From NCBI RefSeq assembly GCF_963921235.1, contig NC_086108.1, positions 41,294,001 to 41,358,000 of the forward strand: a stretch of DNA of 64,000 nt. The letters are read 5' to 3'. The first letter of the stretch is position 1. Every line of letters begins with the position of its first letter. Origin of the DNA: Mobula hypostoma (lineage: Eukaryota). The notes below the pieces were generated by a model. The model saw only the letters and a list, made by a program, of their open reading frames with translations. It did no database searches and was not told where the DNA came from. The position numbers were made by a program, and so were the translations under genes. Positions 1-13,515 of the stretch are shown here, in pieces.

Positions 1-180
1 CGCTTTCCGTGGGTTCACCCTCCTGAAGGATGCTCTCACGTCAGCCTCAGAGACTGAAATCACAGGGTCATTGTGGGCTGTGGGAGTTCATGAAGGTTCC
101 TCCGTGCTTTGACAGGCAAAGCAAACATAGAAGGTATTGAGCCCATCTGGGAGCGAAGCCCTATTGTTGCCCATGTCACC
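1..180 (-). mobile_element. Rex1/Babar-type LINE RT fragment, running off the window start
   Basis: Reverse complement of 1-70 matches 44830-44900 (gaccctgtga.ttcagtctctgaggctgac.tgagagcatccttcaggaggg), which lies in a Rex1-type RT region. Confidence 0.7.
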
Positions 181-977
181 AAAAAACATAAATAGGAACA
201 GGTGAAACTGGGAGCATTCTGCTTGGGTGGAGGAGTTCTAAAACCCGTGAAGGGCCTGCCTAGACTGATTACGTAGAAAGAAACCTTTTCCTTTGTTATA
301 TCAGTTTAAAGAAATCATGCGGGGGCGGGGGGGGGGGGGTCGTAGTTAGACTGACAAAAGAACCAAAGATGAGAAACACAAGGGAGTAGCATTTTGTGCA
401 GCAAGTGGTTGAGGTGTGATAGCTTGAGAGGATTAAAGAGGTTGTGTAGCAAATTCATTTGTGATGTTTAGGAAGTAAGTAAACAAGTACTTAGAAGGAA
501 GGAATTTTGCAGAACTCTGGGAAGAGGTCATGGAAGTAGGACTAGCTAGATTGGCTTTGTTTACACTGGCACAATCTCAATGGCGCAATTCAGCCAGTGG
601 CAGTACTGACTGCCTTCTATGTATATCTTCCTTCTATGTTGTAACCTTTCCAAAATTCTGCATCCTCAAGCTGCCAGTTAGCACTGGTGGATACAAAAAT
701 TGTGCCTTCCTGAGTTAGGATCTGGCCCAAGTGGAAAGTGCAAGTAGAAACTGACTGAAGTAAACTGAATACACTCAATCTAGTCCTTTGTTTGTTTTAT
801 ATCGCCCTGTAATCTACAGTGTTCAAATGGAGTGGGGGTGACCCAATTTTTAAGGCTTTCTTCACATTTGCAATTCATGTGTTTTAATAGGACAGTGGAC
901 AAACTGAATTACATTTACTCAAACAAAATCTTTCCTTTCACCTCCCACTAAAGCTAAGCTTTTTTATCCTTCTAGAG

Positions 978-1057
978 CAGGGGTTCCCAATCTGGGATCC
1001 TCAGACCTGGTGGCTAATGGTAGGGACTTATATCATAAAAGAGGTTCATAACCCCTG
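978..1057. mobile_element. 80-bp non-autonomous hAT (Charlie-like) MITE
   Basis: TIRs CAGGGGTT (978-985) and AACCCCTG (1050-1057). 8-bp TSD ttctagag (970-977) / ttctaaag (1058-1065) matches the NTCTAGAN hAT-Charlie target. Confidence 0.75.
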
Positions 1058-1227
1058 TTCTAAAGTTTAAAGTGAACTAATCTTCATGATAATTTAATAC
1101 TAGCTTTAAAAACAGTTCTGAGAATTATATCAAAGAACCTAAATGCTAAGATGAGAGACGTGCTCTATGATTTTTTTAAGTATGAATTATTATGGGAAAC
1201 CTTTAGCCTGCATTAAATTTGCCTTAC

Positions 1228-1260
1228 CTTTCCCAGCTGACACAGTTCCATTCAGCACAA
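1228..1260 (-). other. Candidate 33-nt frame-preserving microexon (xVLNGTVSAGKx or CAEWNCVSWE)
   Basis: Minus strand reads catatttcctttaag|TTGTGC...GGAAAG|gtaagg. Strong splice sites, length divisible by 3, two open frames, non-repetitive context. Confidence 0.3.
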
Positions 1261-4200
1261 CTTAAAGGAAATATGTGAGAATAAGACAGATTGTTAACAA
1301 GAAAGTCACTGAGTTAGCTGCACAGAGTTTCTCAAGATTTCAGTCATTTATCCTCACACTAATATTAGTTTCTAATCATTAATTAAATGCTGCCTGTACT
1401 GCACTTTTTCTCATCCTTATCTCACTTACAGTGTGCCAAAATATGCACGCATTCAAACAGCTGAAAATTATGCTGGATAAGGGAAATTTTCTCACGTTTG
1501 CTTAGTTTGAAAATGGAGCGTATTTCAACTCAGTCGTTCTGCCACTGCTTTCTCATCACAAGGACACTGTGAAAATAAACCTTAAGTACTTGTACATCTG
1601 ATTATGCACGGCTTAAAAAGTAATGATTGAAAATTATTTGCACTGTTTTGTCAATTTTAGCGTCATTATGAAATCATGATGAGTAGTCAAATCTATATAT
1701 GTAAATAATGAAATTTAGCTTTTTGAGTTATCACTGCAGAAAAAAAATCTTCCTCATTTTCAAACATGATCATTCCTTTACTGTTTTTCCCTTTGATTGA
1801 GGAGGGTGTGGATAAACTTTGCTCGGTGTATCCCCAGCATCTGGGCTCTCCCAGATGTACCAGAAACTCGAGTATGAGCGGCCTGTGATTTGCTCCTCAG
1901 GCAACAGATTGATCTTGATCATGACCTTCCACAAATGGTCATTTTTCAGTCTAGATAACACAATTAGACAAATGATTTAAAGGACCATCACAGGTGAGCC
2001 CCTGGTCCCTTGTGCACTTCACAACAAATATTCCAAACTATAGTTGCATCCATCTTCAACTACCACCAAATGCTTGTACATTCTCACCCATCCCCTTGCT
2101 CAATGGAATGGTGTAAGATCCAGTTCAATTGACCTGGCAAACCCCTGTTCTATAATCATTCTTGCATCACTTTAAAAAAAACTGTTACTTAGCATCATTG
2201 GATAGCACACAATGCTGCTGTGTGGTGCTTAATAAAAGTTCAACCGTAAAATGTATGCCATTTCAGGGGCAATGTGTTCTCTTCTGCAAACTGTGGATGG
2301 GATTGGCACCAGCAGTCCTGTGGCAGCTCCACAGTATGTAGGCCTTGACTGTCAACTAGAGCCTAACAGCAAAGTACCTTTGCTCCAGTAAACCCTCCAA
2401 AGAGTTTCATTTTCAAAAAGTGTCTCATTTTTATTATTTACAAAAATGAGTGGAGACTCACTACACATGCACACTCCACTCGTTGTGGATTTATTAAAAA
2501 TAAATCTAGCACCTTTTTTGGAATGATTTCAAACTATAAAAAAGTGGATTTAGTTACTGCTCTCTATTAGCCACAAGTGCACAAAAAGGCAATATCATTT
2601 TATTACCTCATACTTAATCTTCTTAGTGAACATTTTCTGCCTAAGATTTAGGATTTGGCTTTTAACTGCTCTGTGTATTCAAGGGGTGAAATCCAGCCTT
2701 TATCATTTAAAAAGTATTCTGGTTTACTCTAGATCTGGTAATTAATTATTATCTTTCAGATACAGTAGATCTCCACTGGAAAAGCTAAGTCAGTTAATTC
2801 TAGTATCTCATGGACTTGCTGTTCCTTCTTGAAGTGAACAGTTATTTAAATCTGATTCATCTCACTTGCCTTCCAGAAAATATTTCTCAATTGGAAAGCT
2901 GTCTGAATCTTGCCAAGTGTGGTTATTAAATTGGTTAATTTCCATGGTTTATGGGGAAAGGATCAGAGCTACCACCTCAGACTGTGTAGTTTAACACAAC
3001 CATAGTTGTTATCTTCTATTTACTCAAGAAGATATTTGAGCTTAATAAGCACTGAAAAAAATCATGTTCCATCAGTACTGCAGTTCACTTATCTTTAATC
3101 TTTAATGACTCGGTTTGCCATTTAAAGCCTAGGTTGCAATCCAGCACTGTTACTCTGCTGCCTCTCAAAATCAAAGAACACATAAACAGACAACACAAAG
3201 CAAAGAAGCTACCACAGAGTACAGAAAGTCCAGCACTTATTTTCTGTCCATTATGTGCTTAGATAACTGAATTGGAAATGAGATCTTAAACTCTACCAGT
3301 TGGAATGGTGGAAGAAGCTAAACCAAAATAAATTCTCGAATATTGAAGGAGTCTCTGAAAGGTGAGCAGTCAAGCTGCCCCTGGGAATCACTTCATCTTA
3401 CTTTGAGTCCAGCAGAGCTAGAAGGCAACCCAGTGGAATGGCTGAGTCATTCCCCATTTCCTCCTCTCTTCCTTTGAGGAAATACCTTCATTCTGTTTGA
3501 TGCATTGACCGGGTGACATCACTGAGTCTGTTCCACTCCTGCATGTAACACGCATTGTAAAATTTACCACCATCACAAGAAAATGAGACCATTAGTTGGT
3601 CACACCAAACTTTCTAAAGGGGACTTCAATTTATGTTGCAATATTTCACTCTGAGTCTGATCACACTTTCAGCCTGAAGTAGTACTAAGTAGACTGGTGA
3701 AAGTGATTGAGCAAAAAGAAATGAATGAAAGGTGAAAATAAGGTAACTTCTAGCCTTTCATCAAGTGTAAACAATATAGTCGGAGATTACTATGTATAAG
3801 AATACTGTGAGTAAACTGCAATCTTCATTCTGTTGCTTTAAGCCACACTTTCAGAGTTAATTTTCTGACTTGACAGAGCATTAAGTGATTTATAACCTTT
3901 TAGCATTAATATTCAGATAAGGGTCACTCTGCATGCAAGGAGACCATTATAATGGTGCAGGAGGAGCAGTCTCAAGTTTCTCTGAAACCCGCTTTGTGTT
4001 TTTTTGTAATCACAGGCTGTCTCTGCAGACTGAAGGAAGTCCAGAGCAGCAACATCCCATCTCCACTCAGTCAGGACGGATTTCCATTTATTGCAAACTG
4101 TCACTGAGGGACTGTAACAAAACAGGAAATGTCCCATCTGGGCCATCTGGCTCAGTGGGGAAATTGTTAACCAGAACCGCTTGCCCAGAGGAGACAAGAG

Positions 4201-5019
4201 AAGAGGTAGTGGCTGAATCCTGAAAAGAACAAGCCAGATTCCATTCTGCTGAAAGAGACCTGCTACTGCTCTAACTGAGCTGAATGAGAAGAGGTCTGAA
4301 AACCCTTCCCTAAACAGTTATAATATGTCACTTAGACTGCACACATCACATTTTGGAACCAGTGCAGATATAACATCCATGAGCCACACTGCCCAGCACT
4401 GAGTCAACCCAGCAGCTGAAAATGGGTGTAACGATGGGGTTGATACAAGAGTACAAGGTGTACTTCCTTCAAATCTCAAATCCAGACTGTAGTTAACTCC
4501 CTACAGCCTTCAACCTCCACATCTATGACCTGTAGACTCCTCATGAACTTCAGGTTCCATTCCCACGCTATTTTCAGGTCTGCCTCCATTCGAACTCCAT
4601 GTTTTCTTTTAAAGATCTCCCATTCAGTAATGTGGAACCGTGTCCTGCTTCCTCATAAAATACAAAGGGATAATATTGGAAATATTTAGCCAATCGATGG
4701 AGAGAGAAACAGATCAATAATCTTTTATCAGAGCTAGGAGAAGTTCTTATGACAGCTTTCTTGTGATCCATTCTGCACTCTCTTCCTTTCCCCTACATGA
4801 CCTCTCACTGATCCCTTACTGAGATCTTGAACAATCGGCTGTCCTGTGAAATATCAGCCAGTTTCTCAAAGAGAAAGCAAAAATTCAACCAAGGTTCTGC
4901 TATTCTGTTGCCTCTGACTTTCACATATTCTTCTGTTCCTAATAAACACCACTCCTTCCCCCACCCCCCACACCTTCCATAAATATTTTTTAGGGGACCA
5001 CTTTGTTGAGTACCTTCAG

Positions 5020-5650
5020 TCAGTTAGATTGAGGGACTGCTTTGTTGAGCACCTTCTTTTCGTCTGCAGCAAGCAGGATTTTCTAGTTGTCAACAAATTT
5101 CATTCCACTGCCCATTCCCATCTGACATGTCAGTCCATGGCCTCCTCTACTGCTTCAATGCAGCCACTCTCATGTTAGAGAAGCATTACCTCATATTGTC
5201 TCTGGGTAGCCTCCAACCTGATATATCAACATTGATTTCTCTAACTTCTGGTAAGTTCTCTCCCCTCCTCCTCTCTCTTGTTCCATTCCCCATTCTGTTT
5301 CCCCTCTTATCCTCTCTTCTCTTTGATGCCCTTCCTCCTCCCTTTCTCCCATGATCCACTCTTCTCTCCTATCAGATTCCTTCTTAATCAGCCTTTGACC
5401 TTTTCCACCTATCACCTCCCATCTTCTGACTTCATCCCCCTTCCTCACCCACTACCCTCCTCCCACCCACTTGGCTTCACGTATCACCTTCTAGCTTGTG
5501 CTCCGTCCCCTTCCCCCACCTTCTTATTCTAGCCTTTTCTCTTTCTTTTCCAGTACTGATGAAGGCTCTTGGCTTAAAGTGTTGGCGTTTTATTCCTCTC
5601 CATAGATGCTGCCTAACCTGCAGAATTCCTCCAGCATTTTCATGTGTTGT
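5020..5650 (+). mobile_element. Decayed Penelope-like element 3' end (GIY-YIG tail plus pLTR with degenerate hammerhead)
   Basis: ORF 5127 MSVHGLLYCFNAATLMLEKHYLILSLGSLQPD is homologous to the GIY-YIG C-terminus at 31991-32317. CT-rich UTR; ctgatgaagg at ~5556. Confidence 0.8.
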
Positions 5651-5819
5651 TCTATAAATATAGATTCCTTTGTATTCCTCATTTGTAGCACTAATGAATA
5701 GTGCTAGGGGGGAAAACAAAGGGTATCATTAGCTCCATCCCTTTCACCACTGAGGTACTGACAGGACCAGATCTAACTCTGGTCTCACAACCCGTCAAGT
5801 TTTATTCACCCATTCAAGA

Positions 5820-6105
5820 GTGAGGGGAGTTCTCATGTGAAATTTCCCAAGCTCTTTCAGAATTTGACAGGCTGCCTGCAGAGTGGATGTTCCCCTGGCT
5901 GAAATGTCAGGAGACAGGAGATACAACTTTAGAATAAGAGGAATGAGGATAAGTTTCTTTACAAAGAGATTGATGTATCTTTGGAATTTTCTACCCAGGG
6001 TGGGGGGGGGTGTGAGTTGAGGATACTCAAATATTGAGCTCTTGAAGAATGGTAGAGGAATCTAGAAGAGCTAAATGGTTTTCTCTTGCTCAAAGTTCTT
6101 ACATT
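5820..6105 (+). mobile_element. Old CR1 LINE 3' end
   Basis: Degenerate match to CR1 ORF2 C-terminus and 3'UTR (tttagaataagagga...tttctttacaaagag...ttggaatttt). Confidence 0.55.
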
Positions 6106-7671
6106 GTTTTGTTTTGTTAAAATCAGAATTTTATCATCACCTCTGGTCTAATTGCAATGGTGACCTCAAGACCTCACAGTGTGTGACTCTGAGGATTGAT
6201 TATCTCATTTGAAAACTTCCTTAAGTCTTCAACATCGCATCTATCTTTCTGAAACAAGGAAACAGGCTTGATTTGATGTCACTTTTGACTCTGCAAATTT
6301 TAAAAATTCACATTAAGTCTTGATTGCAAGATTAATTTCATGAATGAAAATGTATCTGTTTTAGTGATTTTATGCCAAAAATTTATTTGCTAATTATTAT
6401 GGGAGGGGATTTCACATTTGCTTTGCTTTCAAAGCTAACAAGCTCTTCAGTTTAATCCTTTAAGATACCTTGCTTGTTAATATTGAATATCAGCTACATT
6501 CAGCTTTTCTAAGCATCTTAAGTTCTATGAAATGATCGTCTGTGTTTTCCTTTGCATGAGAAGAATGTGAAATTTCACAGGAGAGAGTGTTTGCAGCAAC
6601 TACAGGTTGTCTGGTAGTTGTGGACCTGGCAGCAATTCCATTCACAGAGAGAATTGGATAATTCTAAGATAGAAGATTCCACACCTCTAGACCTTTGCTT
6701 TCACAGGCGAGGTTAATTTTGTTCTAGCTGGCGAGGTTTGACATAGAATCTATGTATGATAATAACTAAGGGCTCTAGGCAAAAAAAAAATCCAATATGA
6801 TATCTAACTGGGTATCTTCAAGTTAGAAATTCAAGATGGCATAAGCCAGCAATAAAACACATGCAGTTCCAGCTGCTCCGTTCTTAATGGAAAGGAACAA
6901 AGCAGTCAATGCCATTACACGTATGTAACAGAACATTTATAAAACAGCATATACATGTTTCCCATACTGACACACACAAACTGACAGAGTTTCTCTCACT
7001 CATGATAGACTACTGTCCATTTCTGCAGGGTGGTTTTACCTCACCTACAGATTAACAAGAAGTCAATTTTGTGTGACCACTAGTAAATTTGACAGGGTAT
7101 TTAATTAAGGATTTGCATCTCATTAATCATAGGTCTGTGTTGGTTTCTGCATTAAGAGATGGCCATTTCCTAGTTGTATAAGCTACATATAGAGCAGTCA
7201 ATACATCATACTTCCTACTTCTGCTCAAAGGAATTAGCCCAGCAAAAGTATCAGTTAGCATCTAACTCGCTAGGAAGACTGTCATTGTTTTAGGTACTTT
7301 ATTCACATTGAGATAGGAAAGGCTACTGATATATTGATGGCTTGAAATGAAGTAAGACAGGATTAGACTTGCATGCACCTTGCACTAGCGTTAGACTTAC
7401 TGAGGAAATAGTCGCATTAGTTCTGTATGACTGATGCAATAACTAGAATGGTTAGTGCCAAGGTGCTTTTCACAAGCTTATCTTTTTTTATTGCCTGGAT
7501 ACTGAGTTCAAATAAAAGTTCCAAAATAAAAATCAGGACTTATATTTGCAAATTACAGGGTTCAAAATATTATTTGTCTTGTGGAGGATTTTTTTCAAAG
7601 TTAACCCACCATTTACAGGCTTAGATGGGATGAACATCAGAAGAGAACTGCAGTCTCTGGCTAGCTGAAAT

Positions 7672-7810
7672 AAATGCAGAAGATACCGTAAACACTCAGC
7701 AGGTCAGAGAGCATCAGTGGAGAGAGAAATGTTCAATGCTTCATCACAATTGGAAAAGGGAGAAAACAATTTCATTTTCAGCTGCAGTGAAGCTGGGGCA
7801 GGGTTGAACT
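7672..7810 (-). mobile_element. Old PLE pLTR fragment
   Basis: aaatgcagaagataccgtaaacactcagcaggtcagagagcatcagtggagagagaa resembles the other PLE termini in the window. Confidence 0.55.
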
Positions 7811-9885
7811 ATATTCCATACTTTCAGTTTTTTACCAGTGCAATGGGGACATTGGTTGATGTTCCCCAGATTCAAGGAGGTCTCCCACATTGGTCAGTTG
7901 CTGAAGGATTTTCCTGAAAGCTTTTCTCTGATGATTATGCATTAGCTTTTCGACTTGCCCAGTTAGTGCCTAATCTGGTGGTTGGAGAGATTGGTAAATC
8001 ATAATGCATAATGGCAAAATACTTTCAAACTTGATGGACCAGCTCAAGTATTCCTGCCTATCATCTTTGTAGGAGTAGACTGGTATTAATTTCAGCAAAA
8101 TAAAAATTAGTTGCTGAGAAAAGCGGACATTGGATGATTCTAGGTTTCATTCAAGCTTTACCTAAAACTGGATACAAAAGCACTAATGTACTCACGTAGC
8201 ATTGTTACTAACATCTGCAGATACTGTGTGGGAATTGCAGGCTCCACTAGTCTACAGTCATGGTATTTAATGGGGCAGACATGAGAGCTGTTGACAGAGT
8301 GCTTGTAAAATACAACAATCTATTATTTCACCAACAATATATTTGATTTATTTGTGATATGCACACAAGTTCTACCTCTTTCTAGTTTCAAATACTTTTG
8401 CCAAGCAATCCATCCACTGTTAGCTCCACTAAGTACACTCTGTGATTGTAATGTCACATTGAATAGGGCTCTCCTCAAATTCATTCCTTTGAAGTTTGGG
8501 GATTACAGTTTGGAGGCAGAGTACAATGCACTGTGTTCACCATGCAGCTTGTTCAGTACTACTAATCTGGGATGACCGTCCAGCTGTTTCTAGCCCATAG
8601 AGAGCATTCTTGCTATATTTATCTTAAATAACATTTCAGAATATAATATTTCTACTTCATCAATCATTTCACCCATTTAAGTCAGTTCTTTTTGCCAGAG
8701 ATGGACAGTCGCATGCTGAGGTCCCATGTCTAGAATTGGGCTGCTGCAGTCCATAACTTGTTCATAAAAGTAGCTAAAAACCCAAAGAAGTCTTGAGCTG
8801 CATCCAAAGCCTAGTCACCCCAGTCAGTCTGTTCTCTCCCTGTGCCCACCACCAAAGTTTGAGAATTATGTATCCAGATTTGTTAATGGTTGTTTGTGCT
8901 TCCAACATGGACATAATTCACCGACTTAGTTGGCATATCATTTGTCAGGTCAAAGGACGTTACTTTTTCTGGTTTGAGGTGTGTTCCAATTGTAAAAGAA
9001 CTCCAGAATTACTTATGACTTGAAATTTCAAACAAGTGTTAAACCTAGGTCATGTCTGCTTTCTTGACTGTTCATAGAAGGACTTATAACATTGATTTGA
9101 AGAAGACTGGTCAATATTACACTGCTGGTTGTGGCATTTTGCACCCATAACTTGGCTGCTATGCCTTCAATATTACCACAGTAATCTTGTAACATTACAA
9201 TATTGCAATATCTTCTCTTCTCCAATCTTCCCATAGTGTAGAAGATGAAAAGCCTGAAACCATACAACCATAAGACCATAATACATAGGAGCAGAATTAG
9301 GGCATTCAGCCCATTGAATCTACTCTGCTATTCAATCATGGCTGATTACTTCCCTCTTAACTCCATTCTCCTGCCTCCTCCCCATAACCTTTCATGCCCA
9401 TACTCATCAAGAACATATCAACCTCTGCCTAAAATGCACCCTGTTGCAACGAAATCCATAGATCCACTATCCTTTGCTAAAGAAATTCTTCCTCATTTCT
9501 GTTCTAAATGGACATCCCTCTATTTTGAGGCTGTGCCTTTTTGTCATGGACTTCCCCAACAAAGGCAGCATCCTCTTCACAATCACTCTATCTAGTCCTT
9601 TCAACATTTGATATGTTTCAATGAGATCCCCCTTCATTCTTCTAAATTCCAGTGAGTACAAGCCCAGAGCCTTCAATTTCATATGATAACCCTTTCGTTC
9701 CTGGAATCATTCTCGTGAACTCTCACTTTGAATACTCTCAAATGTCAGTATGTTCTTTCTCAAATAAGGGGCCCAAAACTGCTTACAATACTCCAAGTGA
9801 GATCTCTCCACTGCCTGATACAGTCTCAACATTACATCCTTGCTTTGATATTCTCATCTTCTTGAAACGAATGCAAATATCGCAT

Positions 9886-11725
9886 TCCATAGAAACCATA
9901 GAAAAACTACAGCAACTACAGCACTTAACCTTTTGGCCCTTCTTGGCTGTACCGAACCATTTTTTGCCTAGTCCTACTGACCTGCACACGGACCATATCC
10001 CTCCATACACCTCCCATCCATGTATCTGTCCAATTTATTCTTAAATGTTAGAAAAGAACCCGCATTTACTACCTCATCTGACAGCTCATTCCATACTCCC
10101 ACCACTCTCTGTGTGAAGAAGCCCCCCTGCCATGTTCCCTATAAACTTTTCCCCTCTCACCCTTAACCCATGTCCTCTGGTTTTTTTTCTCCCCTTGCCT
10201 CAGTGGAAAAAGCCTGCTTGCATTCACTCTATCTATACCCATCATAATTTTATATACCTCTATCAAATCTCCCCTCATTCTTCTATGCTCCAGGGAATAA
10301 AGTCCTAACCTATTCAACTGTTCTCTGTAACTGAGTTTCTCAAGTCCCGGCAACATCCTTGTAAACGTTCTCTGCACTCTTTCAACCTTATTAATATCCT
10401 TCCTGTAATTTGGTGACCAAAACTGAACACAATACTCCAGATTCGGCCTCACCAATGCCTTATACAACCTCATCATAACATTCCATACTCAATACTTCGA
10501 TTAATAAAGGCCAATGTACCAAAAGCTCTCTTTATGACCCCATCTACCTGTGACGCCACTTTTAGGGAATTTTGTATCTGTATTCCCAGATCCCTCTGTT
10601 CTACTGCACTCCTCAGTGCCCTACCATTTACCCTGTATGTTCTACCTTGGTTTGTCCTTCCAAAGTGCAATACCTCACACTTGTCTGTATTAAACTCCAT
10701 CTGCCATTTTTCAGCCCATTTTTCCAGCTGGTCCAAATCCCTCTGCAAGCTTTGAAAACCTTCCTCCCTGTCCACTACACCTCCAACCTTTGGATCAGCA
10801 AATTTGTTGATGATCCAATTTACCACATTATCATCCAGATCATTGATATAGATGACAAATAACAATGGGCCCAGCACTGATCCCTGTGGCACACCACTAG
10901 TCACAGGCCTCCACTCAGAGAAGCAATTTTCTACCACCACTCTTTGGCTTCTTCCATCGAGCCAATGTCTAATCCAGTTTACCACCTCTCCATGTATACC
11001 TAGGGACTGAATTTTCCTAACTAACCTCCCATGCGGGACCTTGTTAAAGGTCTTACTGAGGTCCATGTAGACAACATCCACTGCCTTCCCTTCATCCACT
11101 TTCCTGGTAACCTCCTCGAAAAACTCCAATAGATTGGTCAAACATGACCTATTATGCACAAAGCCATGCTGACTCTCCCTAATAAGTCCCAGTCTATCCA
11201 AATGCTTGTAGATTCTGTCTCTTAGTACTCCCTCCAATAACTTACCCACTACCGATGTCAAACTTACCGGCCTATAATTTCCTGGATTACTTTTCGATCC
11301 TTTTTTAAACAACGGAACAACATGAGCCATTCTTCAATCCTCCGGCACCTCACCCGTAGACACCGACATTTTAAATATATCTGCCAGGGCCCCTGCAATT
11401 TCAACACTAGTCTCCTTCAAGGTCCGAGGGAATACCCTGTCAGGTCCTGGGATTTATCCACTTTAATTTGCCTCAAGATAGCAAGCACTTCCTCCTTTTC
11501 AATCTGTACAGTTTCCATTATCTCACTACTTGTTTCCCTTAATTCCATAGACTTCATGCCAATTTCCTTAGTAAATACAGATGCAAAAAAACCACTTAAG
11601 ATCTCCCTCTTTTCTTTTGGTTCCGCACATAGCCGACCACTCTGATCTTCAAGAGGACCAATTTTATCCCTTACAATCCTTTTACTCTTAATATACCTGT
11701 AAAAGCTCTTTGGATTATCCTTCAC
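9886..11725 (-). mobile_element. Young 5'-truncated CR1 LINE nested in the older CR1
   Basis: 3' tail (ccatagaaa)2 at 9886. ORFs 10069-10476, 10473-11330 and 11417-11725 encode near-intact CR1 RT (NYRPVSLTSVVGK, SGVPQGSVLGPLLF). Confidence 0.9.
10473..11330 (-). pseudogene. CR1 ORF2 reverse transcriptase core (disrupted; FADD changed to FADP, frameshifts either side)
   Basis: 285-aa ORF with canonical CR1 RT motifs. Confidence 0.85.
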
Positions 11726-12629
11726 CTTCTCCTTCCTTACCACCATTTCAACCTGCAAGTTAACCTTAAGGGAATCCTGCACAAGGATTCCCAAATTCCT
11801 TTGCTCCTCGGATTTTTTAAACTTTCCCCCCAGTTAGAAAATAGTCTATGCTTTTGTTCCTTCTACCAAAGGGCATGACCATACACTTCCCGACACTGTA
11901 TTCCATCTGCCACCTCTTTGCCCATTCTCCTAATCTGTCTAAATCCTTTTGCAGCCTCTCTGCTTCCTCAACACTACCTATCTTCATATTGTTGGCCAGA
12001 AGAAATGGCAGTCTAATCAAGGACAGGGGAAGCGGACAAGCCAGTTGTCTTTGTTTCTCCCATTTTGTGGACTCTAAACTGATACTTGCTCTTGGATAAT
12101 CTAATCAGAGCAATTGAATGTGGACACAGGAAGCTTCAGGTAATGACCTGCTAAACCTGAGCCCATTCTCAAACAAGTAGCCATTTGTTATGTAAAGGGC
12201 GTGGACTCTGAACGGATTCTTAACTCAGGGACAATCTAATGAAAGCAATAAACCGGATGAGACCATTCTCAGAGGAGTAGCCACTTGTTATGTAAAATGG
12301 ACCTACCAAAGAAGCAACCTGTAATCTCGTTAGACTCTGTCTGGGTTGCCTCATTTAACTGGTTTGGACCAGTCAGAGTGTAAAGTCACAAATACACAAG
12401 GCTGGGGTGGGCAGAGCCATGAAACAATGTTGATTGTAGCCTGGTACAATGACCAATAAGAAGGTGACCCAGGTAGGTCAGGAGACGTTGAGCCAATGGG
12501 ATGGAGATCCAATGGGTCAATTGATGAGGAACAGTATAAGACTCAGGAGCTTCAAATACACACAGGTGATAACTCTCCAGCAGCCAGAGACTAACCATTG
12601 CGGGTAAGGAGGACCCCATGGACACATGG

Positions 12630-13515
12630 TGTCACAAGAGGAGCACTGGGAGTGGACCCAAATGCAAGACACAAACACAACTTAAATTGAGTTTATTGCT
12701 TGTTACAAGGAGAGCAAAGCAGAAGCAGGAATAGCGTAACAGACAAGGACTCAGGCCCTGGACTATACTGGGACTAAGGGTCTGGGCTAGGACTCAGAAT
12801 TACGGACCTCAGAGTCAGGACTTGATACCTGAAACCTCCAGAGCCAGGACTTGATACTTGAAACCTCCAGAGCCAGGGACTCTTCTTATTCATTGGACAG
12901 ACTCAGACACAGGACATAAAACATTGAGCCAGGAATCCTCCTTAGCACAGAACGGAGTTGGGACTCTTCTTATTCATTGGACAGACTCAGACACAGGACA
13001 TAAACACTGATCCGGAAATCCTCCTTAGACACAGGACGGAGTTGGGACTCTTTTTGATACAGGGTCAGGACCCTTCCAGGGTACAGGGCCGGGACCCCTT
13101 TTAGACACAGGACATGGATACAGAGACCACACAATGATGGACAGTACTATAACTGGGCACAAGTACGCTCCAAGCAGCGGCGAGCTCTTGACTCACCCCG
13201 GCAGGTTAACTTCGACTGACCCGTTCTGACAAGGGAAGGCAGCTTGCTGGCACTTGCTTCGGGAGGGGACTAGGCTTGATCCAGCCATATGACATTGGCT
13301 CGCAGTACCTTCAGTGACTTCGTTAACGCTCTCGCGAAGAACGGCTGAAAGCCGGAGACTTATAAACTGCCGATTCAGCCAAGAGTAAATTGCTTCCAAT
13401 CACCAAGACCAAGGGACACGAGAAAACAGGGAACCAAAGGGAAACAGGGAGTCAGTGGTCCGGATCGTAACACAAACAAAGTAAATTTAAAGGGAACCCG
13501 ATCCGGACCATGACA
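12630..13515 (-). mobile_element. Solo Gypsy-type LTR (inner, 886 bp)
   Basis: TGTCA...TGACA termini. 5-bp TSD catgg (12625-12629) / caggg (13516-13520). Minus-strand AATAAA at ~12695 and tgcatttgggtcc near the 3' end, as in the other Gypsy LTRs here. Confidence 0.8.
12810..13050. repeat. Tandem repeats inside the inner LTR (~29-bp unit x2.4; ~84-bp unit x2)
   Basis: cagag(t/c)caggacttgatac(c/t)tgaaacctc repeated; gggactcttcttattcattggacagactcagacacaggacataaa...cggagttg repeated. Confidence 0.85.

Noticed and set aside
319..339. G-run, potential G-quadruplex
   Set aside because: Simple homopolymer with uncertain length; no other support.
3913..4223. Overlapping 94-aa and 96-aa ORFs in unique DNA
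   Set aside because: No recognisable homology or convincing splice boundaries; length expected by chance.
7934..8012. Possible hairpin (attatgcatta / taatgcataat)
   Set aside because: Short, partly self-palindromic and asymmetric; not distinguishable from chance.
12810..13050. Repeat-spacer-like pattern (CRISPR-like)
   Set aside because: Units are direct tandem copies without unique spacers, inside an LTR in vertebrate-type DNA.
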